Assembly: GCA_030704615.1 (NCBI GenBank)
Contig: CM060732.1
Location: 7,688,001-7,752,000 of the forward strand
DNA length: 64,000 bases
Origin: Takakia lepidozioides
Lineage: Eukaryota > Plantae > Bryophyta
Direction: 5' to 3'
A program made the position numbers and the translations under genes. The notes beneath the pieces were generated by a model. It did no database searches, was not told where the DNA came from, and worked only from the letters and a program-made list of their open reading frames with translations. How positions within the stretch are numbered: position 1 is the first letter of the stretch; the number at the start of each line of letters is the position of its first letter. Shown here one piece after another: positions 24,586-37,348 of this stretch.

Positions 24586-27173
24586 ATGTCTCTCCGGCCA
24601 CATGCTCGGGTGGAGGTTAGGAAGAAGGGGTACAAGTTGGCAGTTGAGGCCCGGAGGAAGAGAGAAGATAATATGGTCGAGATCCGCAAGAGTAAACGAG
24701 AGGACAGCCTTCTCAAGAAGAGGAGGGAGGGCCTGCAGCCTCAGCAGTTTGCTTCAAGTCTTCAATCATCTGCCATGGAGAAAAAGGTGTGTTAGGTGCT
24801 TGTGACCTGAAAGCCGTCAGTAGGAAATGTTGCTAGCTGTGATATCATACGAAACTAAATTCACAGCCGCATCTTCTGTATTCTTTCAGGATAGCTTCTG
24901 CAACAGCCACTAGGATTCGGTAGCATCGCGTGGTATTTGGAAGAGTCGGAGCCCCAGTGAACATAATATGAAACCATGTCTTTACTGCTGGCATGGTCTT
25001 TTGCACTGGGACGAAGATCCATACATTTTGGAATCGACTATCTGATTTGAAGTGATTTCTCTTCTAAGTTCTCCTTCAGAAGTTTGCGTAGGACTGAGTC
25101 CTGGTATCTCATGCCTCCATATGTCGAATACAGGCCCGCATTATCAGCAGTCAGAGTCGTCAACTTTTAGGTTTCAAATTTTCCATCAATTTTCCATGCA
25201 TGCCTTGTCTATCCCTTCTTCATACTAGAATATGAACTCCGTGTTTCCCCCTCTCTCCCCCTCCCCCCAACGGCCTGTACAGCAACTGGAAAGCCTCCCG
25301 GCAATGGTAGCAGGAGTATGCTCTGACGATGCTTCCACGCAGCTGGAGGCGACCACCCAGTTCCGTAAACTTTTATCAATTGGTATGTGTGGTGTCTTGT
25401 GGCTGTTCTCCTACACTCTCAGGATTTACTGATTCATTGAGTGAAGTTTGTGAAATGAGTGGGAATTTTTTTTCATTACTGAGGAATAGAACTTGCTTGT
25501 AGGTTTTACTTTAGTCCAAATGGGAAATGTTCGACTGAAACTCTGTTGATGGCAGAACGAAGCCCTCCAATTGAAGAGGTGATTGCTGCTGGTGTGGTCC
25601 CCCGATTTGTGGAGTTTCTGGTCAGAAATGACTTTCCCCAATTGCAGGTATGTCAATGCTACGACTTTCTTTCCTCATCTTACAGGTCTGTCAAGATATT
25701 TTTTGCAGTGGAAAGTGCATTGCCTCGGATCCAGGCGTTTCTTGTTGTCTGCGGTGATTTCAGTCACATGGATGCGGAGTCTTCCACTTTTAGAAGATGA
25801 CTTGTCCATGCATTATGTGGTTTTGCAGTTTGAGGCAGCATGGGCCCTGACGAACACTGCGTCTGGCACATCAGATCACACGCGAGTTGTCATTGACCAT
25901 GGTGCAGTGCCAATCTTTGCTCAGCTTCTCAGCTCTCCCAGCGATGATGTATGCGAACAGGTCTGTGCTATGTGAGGTGTCTGCCCTTGCTCTCCCGCAA
26001 TAATTATTTATGTTTGATTATTGGTATGCGAGTCCTATGTTGTCTCTTACTTTGCCATTTCAGACAAGAACTGTTTTTTTGTTGCAGGCCGTATGGGCTT
26101 TGGGTAATGTTGCAGGTGATTCTCCCAAGTGCAGGGACCTGGTTCTTAGTCATGGGGCTCTTATGCCCCTGCTGGCCCAGCTTACGGACAGTGCAAAGCT
26201 GTCAATGTTGAGGAATGCTACATGGACTCTTTCCAATTTCTGCCGTGGCAAACCCCAGCCTCCCTTTGAACAGGTATGCAAGATAATAGGTTGTGTTTTT
26301 ACGGTAGCTAGTGCATGTAGATTACATTTGGGTTTCTATTTACCCGATTAATAATGGTGCCTATTGAGTGCAGTCAAAGCCTGCCCTTCCAGCGCTTGAA
26401 CCCCTCATTCATTCCAATGATGAGGAGGTGCTTACGGACGCATGCTGGGCCCTCTCGTATCTGTCTGATGGGACTAACGACAAGATCCAGGCAGTAATTG
26501 AGGCTGGTGTATGTCGACGTCTTGTTGAGCTTTTGCTGTAAGCCCTCCCATGTTTCCCCTGTTTTGTCCACATCTCCTGGGTTTTCCTTAAAGAAAGTAT
26601 AATTGTGCTTAGATATGATGGCAGCATCACTATTATCAGTAACGAGTGGATTTTTTTTTAATCTTAAATAGACTCTAGAGCGTATTCTTGAGATGATGCA
26701 TGGCTATTTGGGTTTGTCAACTTTTATGTGTGGTTGATTGATGAAGTTGGTTGTTTTTGGTGGCGCCTAGCAGCCATCCATCACCCTCAGTACTCATTCC
26801 GGCTTTACGCACAGTAGGCAACATTGTCACTGGACTTCTCACATGCCCTGCCCCAAGGATTGTTAGTGTCTCATTGGAAGGTCTTGAAAACATACTTAAA
26901 GTAGGGGAGGCAGATAAGGATGTGGGAAGCACGGGAGGCATCAATTTGTATGCACGCTACATTGATGAGGCTGAGGGTTTGGAGAAGATCGAGAATTTGC
27001 AGACTCATGACAACAACGAGATTTATGAAAAGGCTGTCAAGATCTTAGAGACATACTGGTTGGAGGACGATGAGGACCAGAACTTCGCTCCTGCTGGAGA
27101 TGTAGCTCAGCCAGGCTTCATGTTTGGTGGGAATCAGCCTGCTGTTCCATCTGGTGGATTCAACTTCGGTTGA
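24586..27173 (+). CDS. IMPA: Importin subunit alpha with an in-frame internal deletion, possibly a pseudogene. Exons 24586-24786, 25283-25382, 25556-25647, 25829-25960, 26088-26273, 26374-26537, 26774-27173
   Basis: IBB domain ([19 protein letters not shown]), ARM motifs [32 protein letters not shown], and C-terminal [26 protein letters not shown] is fused directly to LLTCP. Confidence 0.9.
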
Positions 27174-28389
27174 GAGGTGAGCATGTATTTGCTACCTGCG
27201 ATTATTGTCCAAATTTAGTAGCCTACTTAATCTTTTCGGGAAATGCAGACCTCACTGTGAGCTCCTATTATTGGCAGAGCAATATCTCTATGTTGCAGAA
27301 ACGAAAATAATGTCATGAAAATAAATTTGTGCAATTATCCTTCTTTAACAATGTGGAGCTCTGTGCAGATTGGACTCGTTGCCTGGATGATCTATGCTTG
27401 CATTACCTCAAGTTTATTCTGAGGATATTGGAGAAGTGATCCGGACAAAGAGCCTCGCTTTGAAAACCCTTCTCTCGGGCTGTCCTGAAATGACAATAAT
27501 GGCTGCTGAGGGTCCTGCTTTACTGGCCTCTTAGGTATGGTGGCTCAGTGGAAGGCTTGATGGGGGTCCTTCTGCCTCCAGATAGGGCTGTGCTAGGCTG
27601 TCTCTGACAACTAACCGGTGTCAAAGTTCTGGTCTCCAAGGTGTCCAGTCTCTGACTACTCTGTTGGGATCATTTCTCAATGGAGACTATTCGGCTGCTG
27701 CTGCTGCATCACTTCTGGCCAAGACACTCTGATGTCTTGCTGTAGTGGTGATGATGGTAGCCTGTGTTTGTCTAAGAGCCAAGCCCTATGGTAAGCACAA
27801 TGGGGTAAGGTGCTCAAAATTGACATACGCAGACCAAAAGTGCTCCTTGCAGGGGGCAGTGATTAGCTGCTACTGCTCTGTGTGACCCCGTCACTAAGGG
27901 GGGCCTTCCATGCAGAACCTCGGACTGCATATCCCACTCCACTGATTTATACCATGTCAGCATTTCATTGCTGTGGGGTGTATGAAGCCGGGTCAAGAAA
28001 CTGCTCTGTGCAGGGACCTGCTGACCCAATCTAATCACTGTGGTTAGAATCTTTCCTGTCATCTTTTGAGTGTGCATAGACATGCACCAAGTTGATGGAG
28101 GTCACTATGTTCGCGAGTTTTGGCCGTGCCACCTGAGCTCGCCATTCGTTGGTTATGACTGACTGCAAAGTTAACAAGTTACAATGTTCGTGATCGAGAA
28201 GAGAAGTGAAGCAGGCTCTGGCTGTCAAGAAGTGATGCGGAAGATTGCGTTGCAATCCTTTGACTGGTGGGATCAAAGTGAGCATGTCCGATATTTGTTT
28301 GGTGCTGTCCTTATAGATGTGAACCAGTTGAATAAGCAGATGTGTGCATACAAAAGAAATCCAGTATATGCTAGTTTGATTGAAGTGAG

Positions 28390-31300
28390 TCATGCATCCC
28401 CAGGCCCAGACTTCATACCCAATGCTATACTCCAAGTGCTAGACCCGCACCTCCATCAACTCATCTACACATTCTTCAAACTTTGTTACCAACTAAAACG
28501 CATCCCACAATCCTGGAAGCATATCCGAACCATACTCCTATTCAAGAAAGGTGACCCTATTGACATTAACAACTACCGACCCATTGCGGAAGCCAACACC
28601 ATACACAAGCTATTCACCAGTACACTCACCACAATGCTTTCTGCCTATGGTGAATAACATTGCATACTTAGTGACCCTCAAGAAGGCTTCAGGGCCACAT
28701 GTAGCACAACCAGGCACATACAATACGCTATTTCAGCACTCAAAGATGCCAAACTCACCAAACAAGACATTTATCTCTTTTATATCGATTTCAAAAATGC
28801 TTTCGGCTCTTTGGACCATGGGCCGCCACCTTGCCATTATGTCCTATCTCAGATACCCCACTAATGCCATACAGCTTATAGGTAACATTTACACGAATAG
28901 CTCCACTGAATACAAAGGGCATACTACGGCTCTACTACCCCTATCCCGATCCTACAGGGCACCATCTAAGGAGATACACTTAGTCCATACCTATTTATCA
29001 TCTTCCTAGAACCCCTCCTCCGATGGTTGGCTCGGGGGAACCTAGGCTACAATTACCATACCTCCTCCAGCGATATCTCAGCAGCAGCCTATGCTGACGA
29101 CCTTGCCATCCTAGCACACGAACCACAACACCTAAACAGACAAGTCTCCAAACTACACTGCTTCAACATATGGTCTGGTATGGAACTCAGCCTCCACAAA
29201 TGCGCCATCACTGTGGCCCCGCACCATAGCAGACTCTCCAAAACCGCCCTTGCTTCCCACTGTAAACTCTATGTCCACTATCAAATCCTTTCCATTTCTT
29301 GGACCTGATGAACCCTACACATACCTCGGCATCCAACTAGTTCCTTCCCTTACTTGGCATGTACAAAAAACCTCTACCACAACCAAATTAGTCACCAAAG
29401 CCTAGCCCTTCTCAAATCCCCGATAGCCATCAGGCCCAAACTATCCATCATACAATCCGTACTCAAAATCCAAGTTCAATATTCCTTTCACGCTGCCCTC
29501 TTTTCCCTTCCCGATATCAAGAAACTTGACAAAAACATTGTCCAACTCACAAAACGTATATGCGGCCTACCCACTAGCACCCCCAATGCCCACACCCAAC
29601 TCCCTACCGACTGCTATGGTATAGGATCCAGCCCTCTAATCATCTCCTATGCCCGCACGCTCGGCACGCAAATAAAAGAAGCCCTCAATGACCCAGGCCG
29701 CTTAGGCACAATCTATCAAGGACTCCTCAAATTCCTTGCCCTCAAATACAATGGTCTATACTCTCTTCCATCACTACATCCCCGGGCTTGCCTACACTCT
29801 CCCACAGCGCGTACCTTGCTCATCCTACGACAAATGAATATTAGTATACATACAGACTTACCGGACTACCCCAATTCCTCGTCACAGCTAGAACGCGTAC
29901 ATGGCTCACAAGCCCCTACCGGTCGCAATTGGACATCTCCCACCCTAAACAACGAGCGTCAACCTCACCTACTTCCACGCACGCCACATCACCACCCTCA
30001 CCCAACTCATCACCACCACCGGACACATACTCATTACACCTAAAGAATTCATCCTCAAGTACTCCAAAGCCACTATCAAAACCTGTCGATACCTGCACTT
30101 CCTTCGCACCCTATTTTGTCATCCCACACCCTCCTGTACTTTAGACTGTCCAATCCCATGCCCATTCTTCCCCCACACTCCCCAGGATCTACTCCCCCAA
30201 TATCGCACCGACCCTACAACATCCATCCTCCAACAACTCAAAACCGCACGAGCTGCCACATGCAATGCCTCTTCCACCCCACTCTTCCCACACCAACCAC
30301 CAATTCCCTCCCATACCCCCGCTAAGCCAAGATGGCCCCTCATATCCCCCTGCAACTCCCTCCAACTCTTTATCTACTCCCCCAACACCAACACCCCCAC
30401 CGCACGACACCCCACCTCACAACTACGATAACCCAGATGCATATGTCATCGAAGCTATCCTTGGCATCAAAACCCAAACATCGATAGACGTTTTTGGTGC
30501 ATGTGTAAACACTTACTACCTCTGCAAATGGGAAGGATACCCCTCCGAAGATAACACCTGGCAAATTGAAGATGACCTCTTCGGCTCACATGATGACTGT
30601 GACCCTGCGCATAACCTCACTCTCCTTACCAACTTCCACAAACTCACTAACACTAACTTCCTCCAACACATACATCAACAACATGCCTCCCCCACCCAAC
30701 CCAAGGATCATCGGTACATCCACAACCCAATCCAGGCCCCTAACCTTCATATTAACATCACTGAATGCAATCCTGACAAAGACATTAACCATGACACCCC
30801 CATGATCTATATGGGATCGCGCTTCTCTAATATCTACACTAAATTAGGCCTAATCCCAAACAATCGTCTGGAATGGCTCTGGAGACAATATTCCCACACA
30901 CCCAACCACCCATCATCTCTACAACCCCCCAAACAAGACTTTGCCACTGAAATTGATTGGCTGGTCCAAAGATATCTCAAAGACACCCCCCCCAAAAAGC
31001 CACGCTCCCCGACCCGGCTGGCACAGGCATGCACCCACTGTACCCTTCCCCCAGACATCCTCACACTACTCATCACCTTGTTCCAGCTCACACACTCATA
31101 TTACTCCAACCCCCTCACATGCCCCATGGAACTAACCACAAATGCCAGCCCCCACCATAGAGAGACTGCCTTTGAACAAACGCCACCCACCCCCATCACA
31201 ACCTGGTCCGGCAGAGGCCTTGCTCGCCCCCCACCCGGTCCTGCGACATTCAAAGCCCTCCAATGGGCGCGCTTAGCCGCCAAGTCCTCCCATATTGCTA

Positions 31301-33210
31301 CTCTTGCTACTACTCATACTTCTTCTCACACAACAAAAACTTCCAAATAACTCCCACCCCCTCCTACGTCTTCCCATTGGTACTCATTTAATAGCAACCA
31401 TTGACCCTAATCAACTTAAATACTCCAACACCCCCCCCGCTCCCCAAATACCTCCAGCAGAAGGAACCATCTCTAATTCTTATCTTACTCATACAAAACC
31501 CCAACTCAGCCCACATCTCTCCTCCTTTCCTTCAAGATCTACACAAATTGCTTACCCACACACACAAAATGAAAGCGAACATCGCCCCCCCCCCCCCCCC
31601 CCCCCCACACCACACCAGCCCACCCCTGATACCACCCCCCCCCCCCGCCCCTTCCGCAACATTAAACCCATAAAGCCCTGGATAAAGGCCTCTCCTCGCC
31701 CACCACACATCGCTCACATCGTAACCCCACCCACACCCTTCTGCAAATCTACCAACAAAAGAAAACTCTCAAATTCCCCCCCTCATCCACTCCCACTACA
31801 ACGGACGGCTCCGTCATGAACTCAAAGGCTGGCTATGGTATTCCATGCGGCCACCCAACAAGGCGCCTACCTGGCCCTGCCACAATACTCAGAGCAGAAC
31901 TTATGGCTATCTACGAGACCATATCAGGACTAGACGCCTTCCCCCTCCCCTCCCCTATTATATCTTCACTGACAGCCTCACCTCCCTCTTTCTGCTCCGC
32001 AACCATCTAGCACGTCCCTCGTCCATCATCACCACCCAGATTGCAACCTCATCGCCGCCATTATTCAACTAGCCCTCTCTAAAACCCAACCCATCCACTT
32101 CCGCAAAGTCCGCGTCGCATACTGGAATACGAGGCAATATGCTGCCTTCCCGACTCATTTGCTCAGGCTGGCGCTACCCAGCCCCTTGTACTCCCTCCTC
32201 GACCCTATTCACACCGCCGCCCACGTCCCTGAAACCCCCTGCACCCCGGCCTGTCCGCAACCTACTTGCCACCCTCACGCGTGAGCTAACAAACAAGCAA
32301 CCGCATCAATCAGCCCAACTAAAGTCCATATACATAAATGGACACAATCCACTATACTTCACCATAAACTCTCCAGTCACTTCCGGAACACCAAAATCAC
32401 CACAGATGCACAAATCCGTCAAACTCTCAAATTTAGATACGCCCAGTACATGGGTCACTAGCGTAAGCACATTTTCTGGCCACGTCTCTTCCTATCCCAT
32501 ACTGCCCATTATGCTCCAACACGCACCATGAACGAACACCTGGCCATCTTCTTAAGCCAATGCACACACCCCTCACACACGGCCTACATAACCCCGCCAC
32601 AACCAAGCAGTTTGGCATATCCACAAATTACTCCTCAGCCACGCCCGAAACAAGATGGTACTCACTCCTCAACGCAGGCACATACCAAGGCCGACCAACT
32701 GATCACATTGTCCCACCCTGGCTACTCCCATGTACTATACCTCCCACCCATGCACCTGCCCTGCTCGACTCTGTCCAGATATCCTACTGGTGCAAGGATT
32801 ACCCCCAACGGCCCCCACCCCCTACCACACACTACCCTCTACTCAATTATCATCCACTTCATCGCATTTATTTCACATTATGTCATGACCGATATCCAGA
32901 AGACTCCGTACTAGAGAAAGACGAAAATATGCCCCACTCATCCTAGCCGTTCACCGCCAAGGATGGCGCACTGGTCCACTAACCGTCATCACGGCTGGCA
33001 CCAGGGGCGGCATCCACAATGCCGTATTAAACGACTTGCACAATAATTTTCATATTCCTATCTCCCCGATCTACAATGCTTCCAAGCAATTCAATCTCAC
33101 GCTCTCCGCTCCCTCACCGCCATTATCACCAACAAACGAGAAACTTGAATCCAACCCAGCCGCACCATCCTAGACCCCCCCGGGGGAGGGACCCTCCCTC
33201 CCGGGATTCA
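28390..33210 (+). mobile_element. 5'-truncated, degenerate non-LTR retrotransposon (Dualen/RandI-like): RT, chromodomain, MTase-like segment, RNase H, CCHC, REL endonuclease
   Basis: SPGPD..KKGDP..NYRPI, QEGF, DFKNAF, YADD, YTYLG. Then YVIEAIL..YLCKWEGY..NTW. Then TDGS, RAELMAI, FTDS, HTGIRGN. Then CPLC..HLLSQC, RHNQAV, PDIL..CHD..EK..KY. Confidence 0.9.
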
Positions 33211-33214
33211 TAAT

Positions 33215-35158
33215 CAAGCCATTGCCGACCTTGGTGATTGAGCAAGCGCACGACTTCATACTGAAGAACACCCCATCCATACATGAATGGGAGGCAAGAT
33301 ACAATAATCTTGTTCAGCAACGAGAGGAGAGACGCTTGCATGAGGCGGAACCATCCAAGGAGGCCTGTTACAGACGCCCACGACGAGGAGCGGCCCGCCG
33401 GAATGTTCATTTACAAATTTTGCCCATGGAATTGCAACCTCTAAGTTCATCTAACAGTGGCTTCGGACTTCAGTTTATGACGCCGTTGCTCAATGAGAGG
33501 TGGTTTCAGATTTGGTGCAAGACATTGCAAGGGGCCCCTCCCAATCGCGACCTCATACACGGCGGTTTTTGGTTCACGGTCGTCATTTCCGCATTCGTGC
33601 TCTTGACATGAAGCGCAAAACAACCTTTGATTCTGGCTTGTGCCACATGTTGGCAAGACTCCGTGTGGGGCAAGTGAGATACACACCTGCTATGAGCAAA
33701 CTTGAGTACATTGAGAGCTTGAGAACTTACTCCAACTTCAGTATACAAGGTACCAGCCTCTTCTCTTCAAGGGAAGGTGGTTCCCCGCCACATCTTGTGG
33801 GGCCCTCCGCACAACACTATTGCAAGATGATTTGGTTTTCATGCGCGTCAATGCAGATAGGCTCAACCCTACTCATCGTCCTCCTCCGATGAGTTTTTTT
33901 CACGGCCTTCAGACATGGAGCAAGTTTCTTCTCCGATGACAACAACAAGAGGGGGAATTGGAAGGTGTTGTGCATGCTCAGCCAAGAGGAAGACGTATCT
34001 ATCATGGTCTTGGATCTCCATGGGGTGAGGCAATTACGTGGACGGAGAGACTGGTCCATAATGATGCTGATGATGGAGGTTGGGTAAGAGGGGGTAGAAG
34101 AGGATGATGACGCCCCGGACAATGCATCCTGGACCCTATATGATGAAGCTCGAGAAGATACAGATGTTGGAGAGGAGACGAAGACACGACCATTTGACAA
34201 CGAGGTGGAGGATGATTCGGAGGTGCCTTTTGAAGGGCCGGCCCATTTATGACGATGACTTCCGATGACCAAGAAGATTTGCAGCTTGATGCGGATGAAG
34301 AGGCTCCGGATGAATGATGTTCAAGTTGATTAGACACAAAATCAAAGCTACATAACAATCTCGCACCGAACTGACCCATCCCTTCGATTGATTGTATATA
34401 TACATGCATATTGTAGTGATTTCTACGATTCATCAAATCTGGCTAATGGCTGTGGCTGGTATCTTTCAAGAAAAAAGGCAGAGGCAATGAATATGTTGAA
34501 GCAACACATACAGATGTGGTATCAAGAGAATTATCAAATGAATGTCACAATCTACAAGAAGGTCCACAATAACAAGCTAAACCATAAAGAAAAACAAACC
34601 CCCTACCCCAGTACCATATGAAAAAAAAAAAAACTAAGAACCCCCAAGGCCCTAAACCTAAACCTAGAAAGCCCTGCCGTTGCTGCCTGCGACCCCCCAC
34701 GCGCACCACCTGCGACGCGGGTTTTAGGCCGGGGGTCGCAACGGTGACGGCCAACCGTCGCCTCTGCGACCATTTTTTGAATGGATTTATGAGGCCGGGG
34801 GTCGCACACTGTGACCCATTTTTTTTTTTGCAAGAAGGAGGCCGCTGGGCAGTTTGCGACGCCCGGCCGTCGCAAGGGGCCTTTTGCCCTTCATGGCACC
34901 AATGCGACGGCCTGGCGTAGCAAGAAGGGCTTCGATGAAAGAAGGGATTTTTTTTTTTTCCGGCGTGCGACGAGCGGCCGTCGCCCGAAAGGGCTGCCTC
35001 CTGCCCTTCGCTGGGGGTGACGCTTGGGCGTCGCACGGAAGGGCTGCCATTTGCCCTCCATCACTCCGTGCGACGGCCAGTTGGCGTCGCACGCTCGCGC
35101 GCCGCGCGGGGCATGGGGGCGCAGCTGGCGTCGCAAAACTCCCCCATTTGCTGTAGTG
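33215..35158 (+). mobile_element. 3' part of a CACTA/EnSpm element: transposase C-terminus (DUF4216-like), subterminal GCGAC repeats and terminus
   Basis: AHDFILKN, GRHFRIRALD..TTFDSG, LFKGRWF, FFSDD..NWKV. Ends tttgctgtagtg at 35158 (CACTACAGCAAA). Confidence 0.85.
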
Positions 35159-36690
35159 AGCAGCTTTGAGAAGACTGCGATCCTTTGGCCCCGCAACCTT
35201 CAGCACAACACAACTCCACGGCGTAATGCCAATCCAGGTCGTTGGGTGGGCTTGGGCTATAATGCTCTCCATCCATGCCAGGAGGCGATGGTTGCCGTCC
35301 CACACGTAAAACATCTTCCCCCCGGACAGTGGTGGAAAAGAGGCTCAGTATCAATCATCTCTCGAACTCCTCATTTCGCCTTTGGCCAATGGGGACCCCA
35401 TTTGTCCACTTCATCGAAAGGTGGGCACGAGAAGCTCCGTGGTCGTTCTCAATGGAGACATAAAACGTGCACAGACCCCATTCGATATCCGTCCCGGAAA
35501 GAGAATTTCAGCTTGTCGATATCACCTGGGAGGGTAGGTCTGACCACCTGCAATGATACCAAGCGGCAGAGAGGAATCCGACGCGTTGCCAGGTAGACCA
35601 TGCCTCCCAGGACCCTGCCAATGTTGCTGTGGGTTGCCTCCAACATCTTGGCAGTGGCCAACTTCATATCGGCCTCCGACATGACATCTGCTGCAGGGGG
35701 GTCCTCCGGCAGCCCACCAGGACCACCAAATCCAGCCTGTATGCTCCGGGTTTGGGGCTTGGGGATCTTCGGGTGGATGTCATCCTGGTCAGAAAGGTCC
35801 CTCTCGTCGTCCTCAACGTACTTCCTCATTCACCGCCGGAAGTACCTCGTGCCCTCTCCCCGTCTCTATTGCGTCTTCACCTCCACATGCCACATTTCGT
35901 GGTGTGTGTGGTGTTTTATCCCCTCCCTCAGCCTCCACCGTATGGGTAATTGCGGAGGCTGCTCCTATCCGCGATGGTGTAACCGGCAAGGATGCAGCCG
36001 GTGTCTTATTGCCTATTTCTGCTATCTTAGAGGGATCCACCGTTTCAGTGCGTCCCTCGCTTACATGGGCATCTGTCATTTCCAGTTCCCTTGCCTCTTC
36101 AGTGGCCTTCTCTCTTGCCTCATGGCTGGCCTTCTCTCTCGCCTGTTCTTTTGCCCTCTCTTTTTCCCTCTCACGGGCCTTCTATTTCTTACTAGGTGTA
36201 GCAGCAGGGGAGGCCTCCAGGACGACCACCTTTGATTGCGGGGAACTGACACTCTCACGCGCCTTGGTGGGTGTTATGTTCAGACCCCCCTGATGCCTCT
36301 CTCGTCGGGGATTGCATGTGCTTGGCTTTCTTCTTCTTCTTTGCGTGGGCGGGCCCTCCTGCATGTGCATCAGCTTCCTGGATTGGCAGATCTGATGTCC
36401 TCATGTGCCCCCCTGCACCTTCCATGCCGGCTGCACCAACCTCCTGAATGCCTATTCGAGCGTACTCCCCGTTCGGGGCCTCCCGCCCACCAACAAAAGG
36501 GGCTACTTCCTGTGATCCCTCCCGCCCCCGCTTTGGCTCCCCGAAAATGCGAAGCACGTGGTCCGCAGACTGTTGCCAATGACTGTCGGACTGCGGTCGA
36601 TGAGTAGCCGCTTTTGGAGTGAGTGCTCGAGGAGTTTGAGCTGTCGACGATACCACCACCGTGTCGAGCTCGTCTTCACTCTGTCATCCC
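35159..36690 (-). pseudogene. ParB/Srx-like domain gene, copy 1 (5' part), cut by the CACTA element
   Basis: Basic low-complexity N-terminus, then IPLCRLVSLQVVRP..DIDKLKFSFRDGY..FYVWDGNHRLLAW (DGNHR at 35299-35285). Confidence 0.75.
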
Positions 36691-37348
36691 CAACAGGAGC
36701 GCCACAATGGCCAAAAAATGAGCCAGTCGTGAGCAAGAACGCAATGGCATGAGCGTTGCGCGTGAGCGCGCGAGCGTACGCTCACGCAGGAGTGACGTGG
36801 CGTGAGCCTGCACCCACGCTGACGTGGCGTGAGCGTCATGTCAGCATGCTGATGTGGCGGCAAATGATGATGTGGCACTGTCCGTCATCTGCCACATCAG
36901 CATTAATATGCGCCGCCTATAACCGAGGATGGTCCTATGACCGTGGAATTAATGCAGGGAATCTTGCCTAAATAGAATCAAGACTACCATGAGGCCTACA
37001 ATTGTAGCATCCAACATTGTGCAATTACAATGCTTGTTTCACTTTTACAATTACGAGGATGAGAAAATATCCTCACAAAGTGTGCGCCATAGAGGCTGCC
37101 ACACGGGAAGACCTTCCTCCCTCCTCAAATAACAATGAGAGTTAGGATCATCTTCAAAGATGATTGTATTGCATAGTGACAGCAAGACATGTAGACTTCG
37201 AACGGTGCAATGACAAATGTGCTTTTTAAAAGTTGTCACTCAGAGCTCACTCAGATATTGGAGGCCATATCATTGCACCGCCGACGAATTGATGTGAATT
37301 ACACATTTCAAATCATGGTCGTCCACATACCACATTGCATAGTTGATG

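Noticed and set aside
28031-28435. Copia RNase H-like QISDMLT motif on the minus strand
   Set aside because: A single weak motif with no other support.
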